Virus record (IMG/VR): IMGVR_UViG_3300048858_000029
Span: 1-35,964 of that record
Source of the DNA: a virus
Lineage: Duplodnaviria > Caudoviricetes
DNA: 35,964 nucleotides
Reading direction: 5' to 3' (one strand)
Shown: positions 8,233 through 17,012 of the stretch, piece by piece
How the letters are laid out: each line of letters opens with the position of its first letter
How positions within the stretch are numbered: the stretch's first letter is position 1
The notes under the pieces: model-generated
What the model was told of the DNA's origin: nothing
Databases searched by the model: none
The model's input: the letters and a program-made list of their open reading frames with translations, nothing else
Program-made: the position numbers and the translations under genes

Positions 8233-11200
8233 TAACCAGGTGAACGTCGACTACACCATCGGAACCGGCCAAGCTCACAAAGAGCTCGAAAAGATCCGCG
8301 ACAGCCTGAATAAGGTCACAGGCGATTTCCTCGGGAATGTAGGCACTATCGAGACGGCCATCAAACGGATGACCGAAGCGATGGCGGATAGCCTGGCCAA
8401 CGCTGCAAAGCGCGGCCAGGCATCTCTCCTTCAAGCACAGCGCCGCCAGGATCAGGTCGCTTCATCGATCTACAATCGGGCAGGGCAGGGAGGCACCTCT
8501 GACAGTGCCTCGCTCAACCAAGCGAACCGAGCAGCTGGCCAGGCTGCAATCAATGACATCGTCAATTCCGCCAAGGCAGTCCAGGCCCGCATTACGGATG
8601 CGATTGTCAAGGCGACCCTGCAATCACTGAAGACATCTGAGGCGGCTATTGAGGCTCGCGTCAAGCAGGCACATTTCGCTGCTTCGCAGGGCATCGCCAA
8701 CTCAGATAACCGGCTTCTTTCCGCTCGATCAACCCTGGCCGACCAGCGCAGGCAGGACCAGATCTTTGCAGCTGAGAACGGTCGCGCTGCATTGGCGAGC
8801 CGCAACCGGCTGGAGCAGATCAACTTCAATGGTGGCGCCGACCTGATGGGTATTCAGGGCCGTGTCATGATGAACTACGCGGCGGTCGGCACGCTCTTCA
8901 ATACCGTCAAAGGCGCGGCTTCCGAGATCATCGAACTCGACAAGGAACTCCATCAGTTCCAGGCGATCTCCACCGCGACCAACCGTGAGATGGTCGACTT
9001 CAAGCAGAACCTGCTCGCCATCTCTGCAACCGTTCCCTTCAGCTCCCTCGAAATGACCAAAGCCGCCACCATGCTGGCCCAGGCTGGTCTGTCGATCCAA
9101 GAAGTCAATCAGTCACTCGCCTCCGTCACCAAGTTTGCGACTGCATCCGGCTCTGATCTTGGCCAGTCCGTCGACATCGTGACTTCGGCACTGACGGCAT
9201 TCAATCTGGAGACCAGCCGCACTGGTGACGTGGCCAACACCTTCACCGCGGCGTTGAACCTATCCAAGCTCTCCGTCGACAAGATGGTCACGGCGATGAA
9301 CTACATCGGCCCGACCGCAAGCGAAGTCGGCCTGACGCTGGAGGAAACTACCAGCATTTTGGGCGCCCTGTCGCAATCTGGTATTCGTGCATCGACTATG
9401 GGTACCGGCTTCCGCTCCCTCCTGACGGATCTTCAGACACCCTCGAAGAAGCTGACGGAAACCCTGAAAGCCGCCGGCCTGAGTGTCGATGACGTCAACG
9501 TCAAGACCAAAGGCTTTCTGCCAGTGATAGAGGCGCTGAAGAGCGCCGGATTTGGTGCGGCTGAGGCTTATCAGTCGCTCGAGCTTCGCTCGGCAGCTGC
9601 TTATGTCGCCCTCTCTAACAACACCGAGATGGCTTATGATCTGCAGCGGTCGTTCATCCTGTCCGCAGCAGCCACCGAAGCGAACGACATCCAGATGAAG
9701 TCGCTTGCAAACACAGCCAAGAACCTCGGCGGAGTTCTCACCGCTGCGGCCTACACTGGTTTCGAGCCTGTCCTCAACATTGTCCAGCGTGTGCTGGAGG
9801 GGATTACCCCTCTGCTGAGCGGCTTGAACCAGGTTCCGGGGCTACTGCAAACCATTGGTGTCGGCGCGGCAGCTCTCGGCACGATCATGGCGGCATCCCT
9901 TGGAATGTCGCTGTTGAAGAGCCTGGGGCTGATGATCCCAGTACTCGGCAACATCCGTGCCGGCATAGTCTTGGCGGCGACTGAAGCGGCGGCTGCGACT
10001 GGTATCTTCGGAAGCCTGACCGCTGCGCTGCGTGTCTTGTCCCTGGTCACACCAGCCGGCTGGATTGGTCTTGCGGCCACTGTGGCCGTCACAGCAGCCG
10101 GCGCCTTCATGATGTGGTCGGACAGCAGCGAAGATCTCGCCAAGGCCCTGGACGATGCTCGCGCTCGGACGAGTCAGCTCTCTGGTGCCGCTGATGCCAC
10201 CGAGAAGAAGATCACCTCAATCGACCAAGCTATTCAGGGCGTCATCGATCGCAAAGGCGAGCTCGAGACTAACGAGCTGATGCGAGGCGCCAAGATCGAC
10301 GAACTGCGTCACCAATTCGCAGAACTCGGCCTGTCCATCAAGAGCGACACGGCATCCGTCACGGACCTCATCCGCGAACTGCACGACCTGAAGCAAACCT
10401 CGTCGAACATTCGTGCAGCCGAACTAGCCTCTGCGAACTCTGCTCGAGCCGACGAGATCGCGTTACTCGAGAAGCAGCAGGCGGCGCTGCTGAAGAACCC
10501 AAACCGGCAGCTCGACAGGGCTCTGACCCTTGAAGTCTATAACCGCCGCCAGGCAGTGATGGACTCAGGCGAACGTAGTAACCTAGTCGATAAGGCGGGG
10601 AGCTACTTTGGCCCCCAGATCGCCCAGGCTATCCGGTTTGCCAATGGTAACGTCACTGGCACTGATGCTATTGGCGCTGCAGGTTTCGACGATCTCATCG
10701 ACGCTCGCATTGGTGACCTCCGCAGAGGTACGTCGGACACGAAGGACCGTGATATTACGTTCCTGACCGAGTTGAAGGAAGTGCTGAAGCCTCTCGTCGC
10801 AAATGTCACTTCACTTGAGGTGAAGCGCAGCGAGCAAAATCAGGGTGTGAAGCAGCAGCAGAGTGAGTCGGCTCGAGGGTCTGACGCCTACAAGCAGCTC
10901 GACACCCGTTACGGTACCATCTCCAGGGAATATAACGGCAAACTATCTGACCTGCGGAAGCAGGGACTTACTGCTGAGCAAGAGCTCGAGGCCCTGAAGG
11001 CCTTGGACGGCTGGCTGAAGCAGATGACGGACGACGCGATCGAGACCTTCCGTCGCTCGTTTGACCGCGACAGCAAGGTGAAGGGTCTCAACAGCGAGCC
11101 TATCGCTCGTGAGTTCCGTGACAAGCTTGACGCTCTGGGGAACAGCGCGAATGGTCAAGCGGACACTGCGACCACTCGTCAGCGTAAGCTTCTTGAGAAG

Positions 11201-13573
11201 AGCGTCCGTAAGGATGCAAGCCAGCAGAACGACGAGCTCGCCCGCCTGCGCCGGCAGATTTCCAACGCCACAGACCAGGAGTCTTTGAAGGTCGCGAAGA
11301 AGGCCTACGACGATTTCATGAAGGCTTCGACAGAGGGCCTGAAAAAAACCTACGAGGAGCTGATCAAGGTCACTACCGAGCCTGATGCGTTGGAGACCCG
11401 CCGCGACGAGCTGGCCGATACCGTCGAGAAGCTCGCCAAGGATGCGAAGGAAGTCGACCAGCAGGCGATCGAAAAGGAACAGGAGCTCCTCAAGCAGTCA
11501 CTCCAGGGTCAGAAGGAAGCGATCCAAGACAACATCAAGTCGCTCCGTACACAGATCGACACCGCTCAGGCAGAGCTGAAGAAGCTGCCACCGAGTGAGG
11601 CCTTCAACAAGCTTGCTGAGAAGATCCGCGAGCTGACAAGTGCATTGTCGGGCGAAGTGAACAAGCTCGCCAACGTCGACACGCGGATCGAGAGCATCGA
11701 CCTCAGCCAGCCGATCGGTGAGGCAGTGGCTGGCAGTGCCCAGTCAGCTATCAAGCACTTCATGGAACGCGGGCTGTCCAAGGTAGGGGCGGCGGCTGTA
11801 GCGGGTAACCTGTCCGTCGAGTCAGGCTTCAATCCCACCATTCTAGGCGACAATGGCTCAGCTATTGGCGCTGCCCAGTGGCGTGGCTCTCGCCGCGATG
11901 AGCTGCAGGCGACTCCAAACTGGAACAACCTCAACACGCAGTATGACTTTGTCCTGAAGGAACTCGCCCGTGACTACCCTGATCTCTTCAGCCGGCTGAA
12001 AGCTGGTGATGAGGATGTAAGCGTCCTGACGAAGGCCTTCATGGACCAGTATGAGCGGCCGAACAGCGACCCATCAGTCAACCACATCTCGAAGCGTCTT
12101 GCACACGCTCAGTCCTTTAACACTGGCGCAAACACTGCGGCCGACGCTGATATCCAGAAGACCACAGAAGAAACCGACCGGATCATTCAGGAGTCCGAGG
12201 TCAAGCGCGTCAAGTCCATTCAGGACGCCACGATCAAGAACCTCAATAGCCGACTTGGCACGCTGAAGACCCAGGCCCGTATCAACGGTGACTCTGGCTC
12301 CATTCAGGAGATCCAGAAGCAGGTTCAGGATGCCCATGCCAAGATCATGGATGCTGAGCTGAAGAAGTTCGATGCGGACTACACTCCGGACCAGCTGGCA
12401 CTGCCCGACGTCCAGACGAAGCGGCAGGAGCTGCAGGAGAAGCTCCGCAACAACCTCAACAGCGACGTCCTCAAAGTCATGGAGGAATACTACAAGGCCG
12501 CGGACGAGGAGCTGAACCGTCCGGTCGATGCTGCCAAGGCGAAGCTGGACGCCGCTCGCCAGCCCGACATGGCAAACAAGTACACGATCTCGGACATCCA
12601 GACGATGGAGCAGGACGTCCGTGATCGAGAGCGTGAAGCCACTGCTAATCGCATCCTCCTGATCGAAAAGGAGATCGCTGAAGTTCGCCGGTACGCTGCG
12701 GAAGCTGAAAGCGCCGGCCGCGATGATGAAGCGAATATGTGGCGCCTTCAGGAGAATGACCTAATTGCGAAGAACAACGAGCTGAAGGCCGAGAACAACG
12801 CTCTCGATGCGGCCAAGGCACAGCAGGGACCAACAACAGCCAACGCTATCCAGTCTGCGACCAACGCCTGGGCACAGCAGAATGGTATTCTTGGTGCTAA
12901 TAATGAAATGATCCCAATGGCTAAGCAGGTCGAGAACACCTGGGGCCAGGTGCTCGACGGCCTATCAAATGGCTTCAGTCAGTTCTTCATGAACATTTCC
13001 TCTGGGACCATGTCGGCCGGAGAAGCTTTCAAGCAGCTCGGCAGCACGATCCTCCAGATGTTCATGCAGATCATTGCTAAAGCACTGGCTAACCAGATCA
13101 TCATGTCGCTGTTCGGCGGCAGTGGCGGAAGCAGCATCCTTGGCCAGCTTGGCGAAGGACTGTTCGGTGTCGTTGGTGGCGCAGCCACGGGCAAAATTGT
13201 CCGTGCAGCGAACGGGCTGATCCCACGCCGTGCCGCAACTGGTGTAGCTCCCTTCCGAGATAACGTCCTTGTCAACGTCATGCCTGGCGAGGGCATCCTC
13301 AGGAAATCTGCCATGGACGTAATTGGCGAGGACGGTTTCAACAACCTGAACAACCTCGGCAACCGTCAGGTTTCGGAAGGCGCTCTCGCGGGCAAAGCTG
13401 CCGGCAAGAAGGACCAGAAGAAGGATAATGGCCAGGTAAATGTCTGGGTGGTTTCACCGGACCAGGTGCCGCCTCCTGGGCCGAACGATATCATCGCCGC
13501 GGTCGCAGATAACATCTCGCGCCGTGGTACGATCAAGCAGCTGATCCAGCAGGTTCAGATGGGTGCCGTCTAA
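8225..13573 (+). CDS. Tail tape measure protein (TP901-type N domain, internal phage tail lysozyme domain)
   Basis: 1782 aa, Ala-rich and helical; AGGAGG RBS with TTG start; hydrophobic segments; GNLSVESGFNP...IGAAQW...YERP lysozyme motif at about 11762-12118. Confidence 0.92.
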   Translation: MADNQVNVDYTIGTGQAHKELEKIRDSLNKVTGDFLGNVGTIETAIKRMTEAMADSLANAAKRGQASLLQAQRRQDQVASSIYNRAGQGGTSDSASLNQANRAAGQAAINDIVNSAKAVQARITDAIVKATLQSLKTSEAAIEARVKQAHFAASQGIANSDNRLLSARSTLADQRRQDQIFAAENGRAALASRNRLEQINFNGGADLMGIQGRVMMNYAAVGTLFNTVKGAASEIIELDKELHQFQAISTATNREMVDFKQNLLAISATVPFSSLEMTKAATMLAQAGLSIQEVNQSLASVTKFATASGSDLGQSVDIVTSALTAFNLETSRTGDVANTFTAALNLSKLSVDKMVTAMNYIGPTASEVGLTLEETTSILGALSQSGIRASTMGTGFRSLLTDLQTPSKKLTETLKAAGLSVDDVNVKTKGFLPVIEALKSAGFGAAEAYQSLELRSAAAYVALSNNTEMAYDLQRSFILSAAATEANDIQMKSLANTAKNLGGVLTAAAYTGFEPVLNIVQRVLEGITPLLSGLNQVPGLLQTIGVGAAALGTIMAASLGMSLLKSLGLMIPVLGNIRAGIVLAATEAAAATGIFGSLTAALRVLSLVTPAGWIGLAATVAVTAAGAFMMWSDSSEDLAKALDDARARTSQLSGAADATEKKITSIDQAIQGVIDRKGELETNELMRGAKIDELRHQFAELGLSIKSDTASVTDLIRELHDLKQTSSNIRAAELASANSARADEIALLEKQQAALLKNPNRQLDRALTLEVYNRRQAVMDSGERSNLVDKAGSYFGPQIAQAIRFANGNVTGTDAIGAAGFDDLIDARIGDLRRGTSDTKDRDITFLTELKEVLKPLVANVTSLEVKRSEQNQGVKQQQSESARGSDAYKQLDTRYGTISREYNGKLSDLRKQGLTAEQELEALKALDGWLKQMTDDAIETFRRSFDRDSKVKGLNSEPIAREFRDKLDALGNSANGQADTATTRQRKLLEKSVRKDASQQNDELARLRRQISNATDQESLKVAKKAYDDFMKASTEGLKKTYEELIKVTTEPDALETRRDELADTVEKLAKDAKEVDQQAIEKEQELLKQSLQGQKEAIQDNIKSLRTQIDTAQAELKKLPPSEAFNKLAEKIRELTSALSGEVNKLANVDTRIESIDLSQPIGEAVAGSAQSAIKHFMERGLSKVGAAAVAGNLSVESGFNPTILGDNGSAIGAAQWRGSRRDELQATPNWNNLNTQYDFVLKELARDYPDLFSRLKAGDEDVSVLTKAFMDQYERPNSDPSVNHISKRLAHAQSFNTGANTAADADIQKTTEETDRIIQESEVKRVKSIQDATIKNLNSRLGTLKTQARINGDSGSIQEIQKQVQDAHAKIMDAELKKFDADYTPDQLALPDVQTKRQELQEKLRNNLNSDVLKVMEEYYKAADEELNRPVDAAKAKLDAARQPDMANKYTISDIQTMEQDVRDREREATANRILLIEKEIAEVRRYAAEAESAGRDDEANMWRLQENDLIAKNNELKAENNALDAAKAQQGPTTANAIQSATNAWAQQNGILGANNEMIPMAKQVENTWGQVLDGLSNGFSQFFMNISSGTMSAGEAFKQLGSTILQMFMQIIAKALANQIIMSLFGGSGGSSILGQLGEGLFGVVGGAATGKIVRAANGLIPRRAATGVAPFRDNVLVNVMPGEGILRKSAMDVIGEDGFNNLNNLGNRQVSEGALAGKAAGKKDQKKDNGQVNVWVVSPDQVPPPGPNDIIAAVADNISRRGTIKQLIQQVQMGAV

Positions 13574-14310
13574 GGGCAGGCTTGGAACATCGCACCGAGA
13601 GCACGCTTTGTCTGTTCGTTGTTGATGGGTAGGGGAAGGCGTAACTCCATCGCTCCCAAGGGAAGATGGAGCGTCTGCCCCTGATGCATCGCTTTCAAAA
13701 CAGGTTTCAGCGACCCAGAAACTTCGTACAGGGCTGATACCTTCTTACCAACCACGGTAGATGTGTATTCGGTTTTTGCTTCCTCACCACCAGCTCCGAT
13801 GGTGCCTCGTGAACTACCCTGTGAGACTGTTTGGAAGGGGGCTAGCTCGAGCCAAATCTCTGCTCCTTCATTTGAGCAGACAAGTCTAAGGTTCTCGCTT
13901 CCGTCCTTATAGTCTATAGAGTCCGAACCACATCGGCTCCAACGCATGTCAGATCCAAGATCATTTTTACGTCCGTAACAATAACCTAATGCGCGAACCT
14001 GATCCATCAGGGTGGAACTGTCACGTTCTGTGCAGGCACTTTGGGTATTAGGATCATTCGATCTACCCCCACGACACTGCGTGTCAAGTCCTCGGTATTG
14101 GCTGATCAATGCTGCGACCTCTTGAGGAGGCTCTTCATCTTTGGCGCGAGGGGGGCTGATGATGAACTCAACAGACGCTTCTATCCCATCATATTCAAAG
14201 GACTGACTTAGCTTAGAGCCAATGAAACGACTGATTGAGGGGGTTTCTGCTAATGCGTGTGGTGCAAAGTACCCAAGAGCTGAAAGGCAGAGGATCAAAA
14301 ACCGTTTCAT
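13570..14310 (-). CDS. Secreted/periplasmic Cys-rich hypothetical protein (moron)
   Basis: Signal peptide MKRFLILCLSALGYFAPHALA; CRGG…AC…GYCYG…WSRC motif; atypical codon usage; convergent with TMP. Confidence 0.7.
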   Translation of the reverse strand: MKRFLILCLSALGYFAPHALAETPSISRFIGSKLSQSFEYDGIEASVEFIISPPRAKDEEPPQEVAALISQYRGLDTQCRGGRSNDPNTQSACTERDSSTLMDQVRALGYCYGRKNDLGSDMRWSRCGSDSIDYKDGSENLRLVCSNEGAEIWLELAPFQTVSQGSSRGTIGAGGEEAKTEYTSTVVGKKVSALYEVSGSLKPVLKAMHQGQTLHLPLGAMELRLPLPINNEQTKRALGAMFQACP

Positions 14311-14336
14311 AGTAACCTGTATTCCTACCAGAGAGC

Positions 14337-14516
14337 TCAGTTGGAGCTTCGAGGCTCTTCTACCAACCTCAGTTCGGTCGTAGGCTTCCGGACGTAAGCT
14401 CTCATCAATTCTCTGAGGACTTGCGAAGCAGTCCGATCGTTGGCTGCTGCTGCTGCCACGAACGCTTCCTTAAGTTCTTTATCTAACTTTACGTTAAGGA
14501 GAACCTGATCCGACAT
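14337..14516 (-). CDS. CopG/RHH-family DNA-binding protein
   Basis: LLNVKLDKELKEAFVAAAAANDRTASQVLRELMRAYV is a typical RHH; ATG 14516 has GAGAG upstream. Confidence 0.75.
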   Translation of the reverse strand: MSDQVLLNVKLDKELKEAFVAAAAANDRTASQVLRELMRAYVRKPTTELRLVEEPRSSN

Positions 14517-14529
14517 CTGCTCTCGCGTC

Positions 14530-14553
14530 TTTACCGGGTATATACCGAGTAAA
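14530..14553. promoter_or_regulatory. Palindromic operator candidate (core GGTATATACC)
   Basis: TTTACCGGGTAT/ATACCGAGTAAA, symmetric at 10 of 12 positions, directly upstream of the RHH gene. Confidence 0.45.
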
Positions 14554-14572
14554 ATTCCTGGTTTACACACTT

Positions 14573-14635
14573 GTCACGACTCATTGACTGGGTCATCATG
14601 CCATCGATTTTCACGAAAGGAAACCGAGTCGTGAC
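14573..14635. repeat. 10-bp perfect inverted repeat GTCACGACTC ... GAGTCGTGAC
   Basis: Arms at 14573-14582 and 14626-14635 with a 43-bp spacer; each arm contains a GANTC site. Confidence 0.6.
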
Positions 14636-14647
14636 CTAGCACCAATG

Positions 14648-14715
14648 AAAAAAGCCCCAGGATTGCCGTCCTAGAGCTTTTCCAAATTCAACGGGATGTT
14701 TGAGTTCCCTTGCCA
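14648..14715 (-). ncRNA. Putative counter-transcribed antisense RNA (ctRNA-like) in the leader of the Rep-like gene
   Basis: Minus-strand TTGACA (14750-14745)-N17-GATGTT, then a terminator that pairs well only on the minus strand (GCUCUAGGA-CGGCAA-UCCUGGGGC-UUUUUU, with G-U pairs). Confidence 0.55.
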
Positions 14716-14785
14716 GGACCGAACATCTCAAAAATCGAATCACTTGTCAATCGAGAAGTTGCCGCTTCTCGAAACGAGGAGTCGC

Positions 14786-15493
14786 ATGTTTGAGAATATC
14801 AAGCGGGCCGTCGCAACGACGGAACGGACGAACCTTGACGCCCTTTATCAGGAAGCCACACACCACTGGTCTCTCGGAACACTGTCGGATGAACAGTGCC
14901 AGGAGATCTATGACCTGATCCAAAAGGCTCGCCTCTCGATCTTCCCAGTACGGAGGCGGCGACAACGCAAAGCCCTGACCCCACTGGTTGTCGGCCACCG
15001 CCGGCAACTCGCAAACTCAGGGCCGCTCCCAGGACACCTGGCGGCAAGCTTCACGACATGCGAACTCGCCGTGCTCGCAGTGATCACCTTCAGTGGAGGG
15101 GTGTTTGATCGGACGATCAAGGAACTAGCCGATCGCGCCAAGGTTGGACATTCGACCGTTCAAAAGGCCCTTCGGCTGGCCGAGAAGCTCGGCCTGGTTA
15201 AAATCGAGGAGCGCCGAGTGGCCGGAAGAAAGAACCTTCCGAACGTCGTCCGCGTCGTTTCTCTCGAGTGGTTGACATGGATCAGACGGGGTGGGTCTAA
15301 AAAACTGAAGCCCTTAGATACCAAATCTATATACTCTTGTAACTCAAGGGTTTCACACCCACATAACTCGCAATGGAAACCTTCGAACACTCTCTCTTCA
15401 CATGGACAGTGCGTTACCCAGAGTCTTCAACGAAGGTTAAGTTCGGCCGTGGATATGAGTTCGCCTCCAAACCCAAAGGGCCAGACCAAGTAA
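14786..15493 (+). CDS. Winged-helix protein, plasmid replication-initiator-like
   Basis: GAGGAG RBS before ATG 14786; HTH DRTIKELADRAKVGHSTVQKALRLAEKLGLVKIEERR...KNLPNV. The last 121 nt overlap the Dit gene. Rep function is inferred. Confidence 0.6.
   Translation: MFENIKRAVATTERTNLDALYQEATHHWSLGTLSDEQCQEIYDLIQKARLSIFPVRRRRQRKALTPLVVGHRRQLANSGPLPGHLAASFTTCELAVLAVITFSGGVFDRTIKELADRAKVGHSTVQKALRLAEKLGLVKIEERRVAGRKNLPNVVRVVSLEWLTWIRRGGSKKLKPLDTKSIYSCNSRVSHPHNSQWKPSNTLSSHGQCVTQSLQRRLSSAVDMSSPPNPKGQTK
15336..15364 (+). promoter_or_regulatory. Putative RpoH-type promoter CTTGTA-N16-CCCACAT giving a near-leaderless Dit mRNA
   Basis: The -10 element ends 8 nt before ATG 15373, which has no SD sequence. 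Confidence 0.5.
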
Positions 15494-15753
15494 CCTACGT
15501 CCTCCACTTCGCAACAATGAAGTTCTACGAGTCTTCTCCAGGTGTTGTCGATCTCAACAAGCAGCCGAAAATCAATATCGGTCGGCTTGAGGCCTTCTAT
15601 AACGTCCACAAGCTCTACGAGAAGTTTATTCTTCCTCTGCCTGGAAAGGGGAACCTCGTGGTGCGTTTCAACAAGCCGCTCGAGTACAAGGTCAAGGAGA
15701 ACGGGCAAGGGACAGTCGAACCCTTTCAACTTGAGGTGCTGACCCAACCATGA
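15373..15753 (+). CDS. Distal tail protein (lambda gpM-like)
   Basis: KVKFGRGYEF motif, FYNVHKLYEKF, 126 aa, first of the tail-tip genes. Confidence 0.75.
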   Translation: METFEHSLFTWTVRYPESSTKVKFGRGYEFASKPKGPDQVTYVLHFATMKFYESSPGVVDLNKQPKINIGRLEAFYNVHKLYEKFILPLPGKGNLVVRFNKPLEYKVKENGQGTVEPFQLEVLTQP

Positions 15754-16241
15754 CGTCGAACGCACCAGTCAGTCACAAGCAAGAAGCTCAGAAACTGACT
15801 GCGGATGCCCTCGTCGAGCTCTTCACCATCACCCTCAAGAATGTGCCTGTCGTCTTCCGCTTCAAGGAGGGCAACGAGGTGATTTGGCAGGGGCTGAAGT
15901 TCGAGGGCATGGCTTGCCACATGACCGGCGACAACCGCAGCGCCGATGGTGAAGAAAGCAAGCCCAGCCTGCAGATCATGAACCCGCTTGGCGTCTTCAA
16001 TGCTGCAGCCGTGAAGGGTCAGCTCGACCTAGCAGTCGTCAGGCGACAGAGGGTTCTGCAGAAGCACATCGACGGCAACGTCGGGATTTTCCAGCAACGC
16101 ATGTGGTACGTCGGACGCATCCGCGAGCTGATCTCGGGTCAGAGCATCTCATTCGATCTCCGCAACATGACTGAGGGGGCCAACTTCCAGATCCCGGTTC
16201 GCATGTTTACCCCACCCGAGTTCCCGATGGTGACGCTCTGA
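15750..16241 (+). CDS. Minor tail protein L-like (short form without C-terminal Cys cluster)
   Basis: LVELFTI, IWQGLKF, KPSLQIMN motifs; ATGA overlap with the previous gene. Confidence 0.75.
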   Translation: MTSNAPVSHKQEAQKLTADALVELFTITLKNVPVVFRFKEGNEVIWQGLKFEGMACHMTGDNRSADGEESKPSLQIMNPLGVFNAAAVKGQLDLAVVRRQRVLQKHIDGNVGIFQQRMWYVGRIRELISGQSISFDLRNMTEGANFQIPVRMFTPPEFPMVTL

Positions 16242-16726
16242 TGAAGTACGATCACCTTCTCGGCCTGCCGTTCGACTACAAAAACCGCAACTGCATCCAC
16301 CTGGTTCGGGACTTCTATACCGACAACTTTGGTATCAAGTTTCCCAACTTCGCATGTCCGAAGCAGTTCTGGGCTCACGAGCTCGACCTCTATATGGCCC
16401 GCTACCAGAAGTGCGGCTTCTACCTTCTCGACTGCCATCCATCCGACTACCGCCCCGGTGATGTGATCCTCTGCGCCGTAGATGCTCCGATCGGCAATCA
16501 TGTCGCAGTCTTCGTCGAGAATGGCCAGGTGCTCCATCATCTTTGGGGCCGGCTGTCAGTCGTCGAGCCGTATCGAATGCTTCTCCGCAACACCACGGTT
16601 GCTGTGTTTCGCCACAAGGACGTCGTCCTCAACAGTACTGAGACGACGGCTAACCTGCTCGACCTGGTATCTCCCCGCATCAAAAGGAAACTCGATGAAC
16701 ACCTCGGATCTGCTGCCGCTGTATGA
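16241..16726 (+). CDS. NlpC/P60 (C40) peptidase, gpK C-terminal-domain homolog
   Basis: GLPF..RNCIHLVRDFY (catalytic Cys) and GNHVAVFVENGQVLHH (His). Confidence 0.88.
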   Translation: MKYDHLLGLPFDYKNRNCIHLVRDFYTDNFGIKFPNFACPKQFWAHELDLYMARYQKCGFYLLDCHPSDYRPGDVILCAVDAPIGNHVAVFVENGQVLHHLWGRLSVVEPYRMLLRNTTVAVFRHKDVVLNSTETTANLLDLVSPRIKRKLDEHLGSAAAV

Positions 16727-17012
16727 AGGACCGCACGAGCGGTGTGGCTTCATCCTGAAGACAGGCGAGATCGTCGAGGTGCCGAACATTTGCCCCGAGC
16801 CCGAAGGTGGCTTTGACATGCGGGGCGCGGACCTGGTTGTTTTTCCCCCGCTGTCCCAGGCATCCTGGCACACGCATCCTGGGGAAGACTCCAACCTCTC
16901 ATCGGGTGACTACCTCACCTTCCTCAACTGGCCCGAGCTCGACCACTACATCATCGGCAACGATGGTGTGACGAAGTTCGTCGTCGAAGACGGAGATGTT
17001 CTTGTTGCGTAA
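16695..17012 (+). CDS. JAB/MPN (Mov34) metalloprotease, gpK N-terminal-domain homolog
   Basis: ERCGFI … WHTHP-x6-S-x2-D intact JAMM motif; AAGGA RBS before ATG 16695. Confidence 0.88.
   Translation: MNTSDLLPLYEGPHERCGFILKTGEIVEVPNICPEPEGGFDMRGADLVVFPPLSQASWHTHPGEDSNLSSGDYLTFLNWPELDHYIIGNDGVTKFVVEDGDVLVA

Noticed and set aside
13574-15372. Insertion sequence / transposon
   Set aside because: No transposase, terminal inverted repeats or target-site duplication were seen at the boundaries.
16482-16694. Extended N-terminus of the JAB ORF, or a frameshift fusion with NlpC/P60
   Set aside because: The extension overlaps the NlpC gene with non-protein-like sequence, and ATG 16695 has its own AAGGA RBS.
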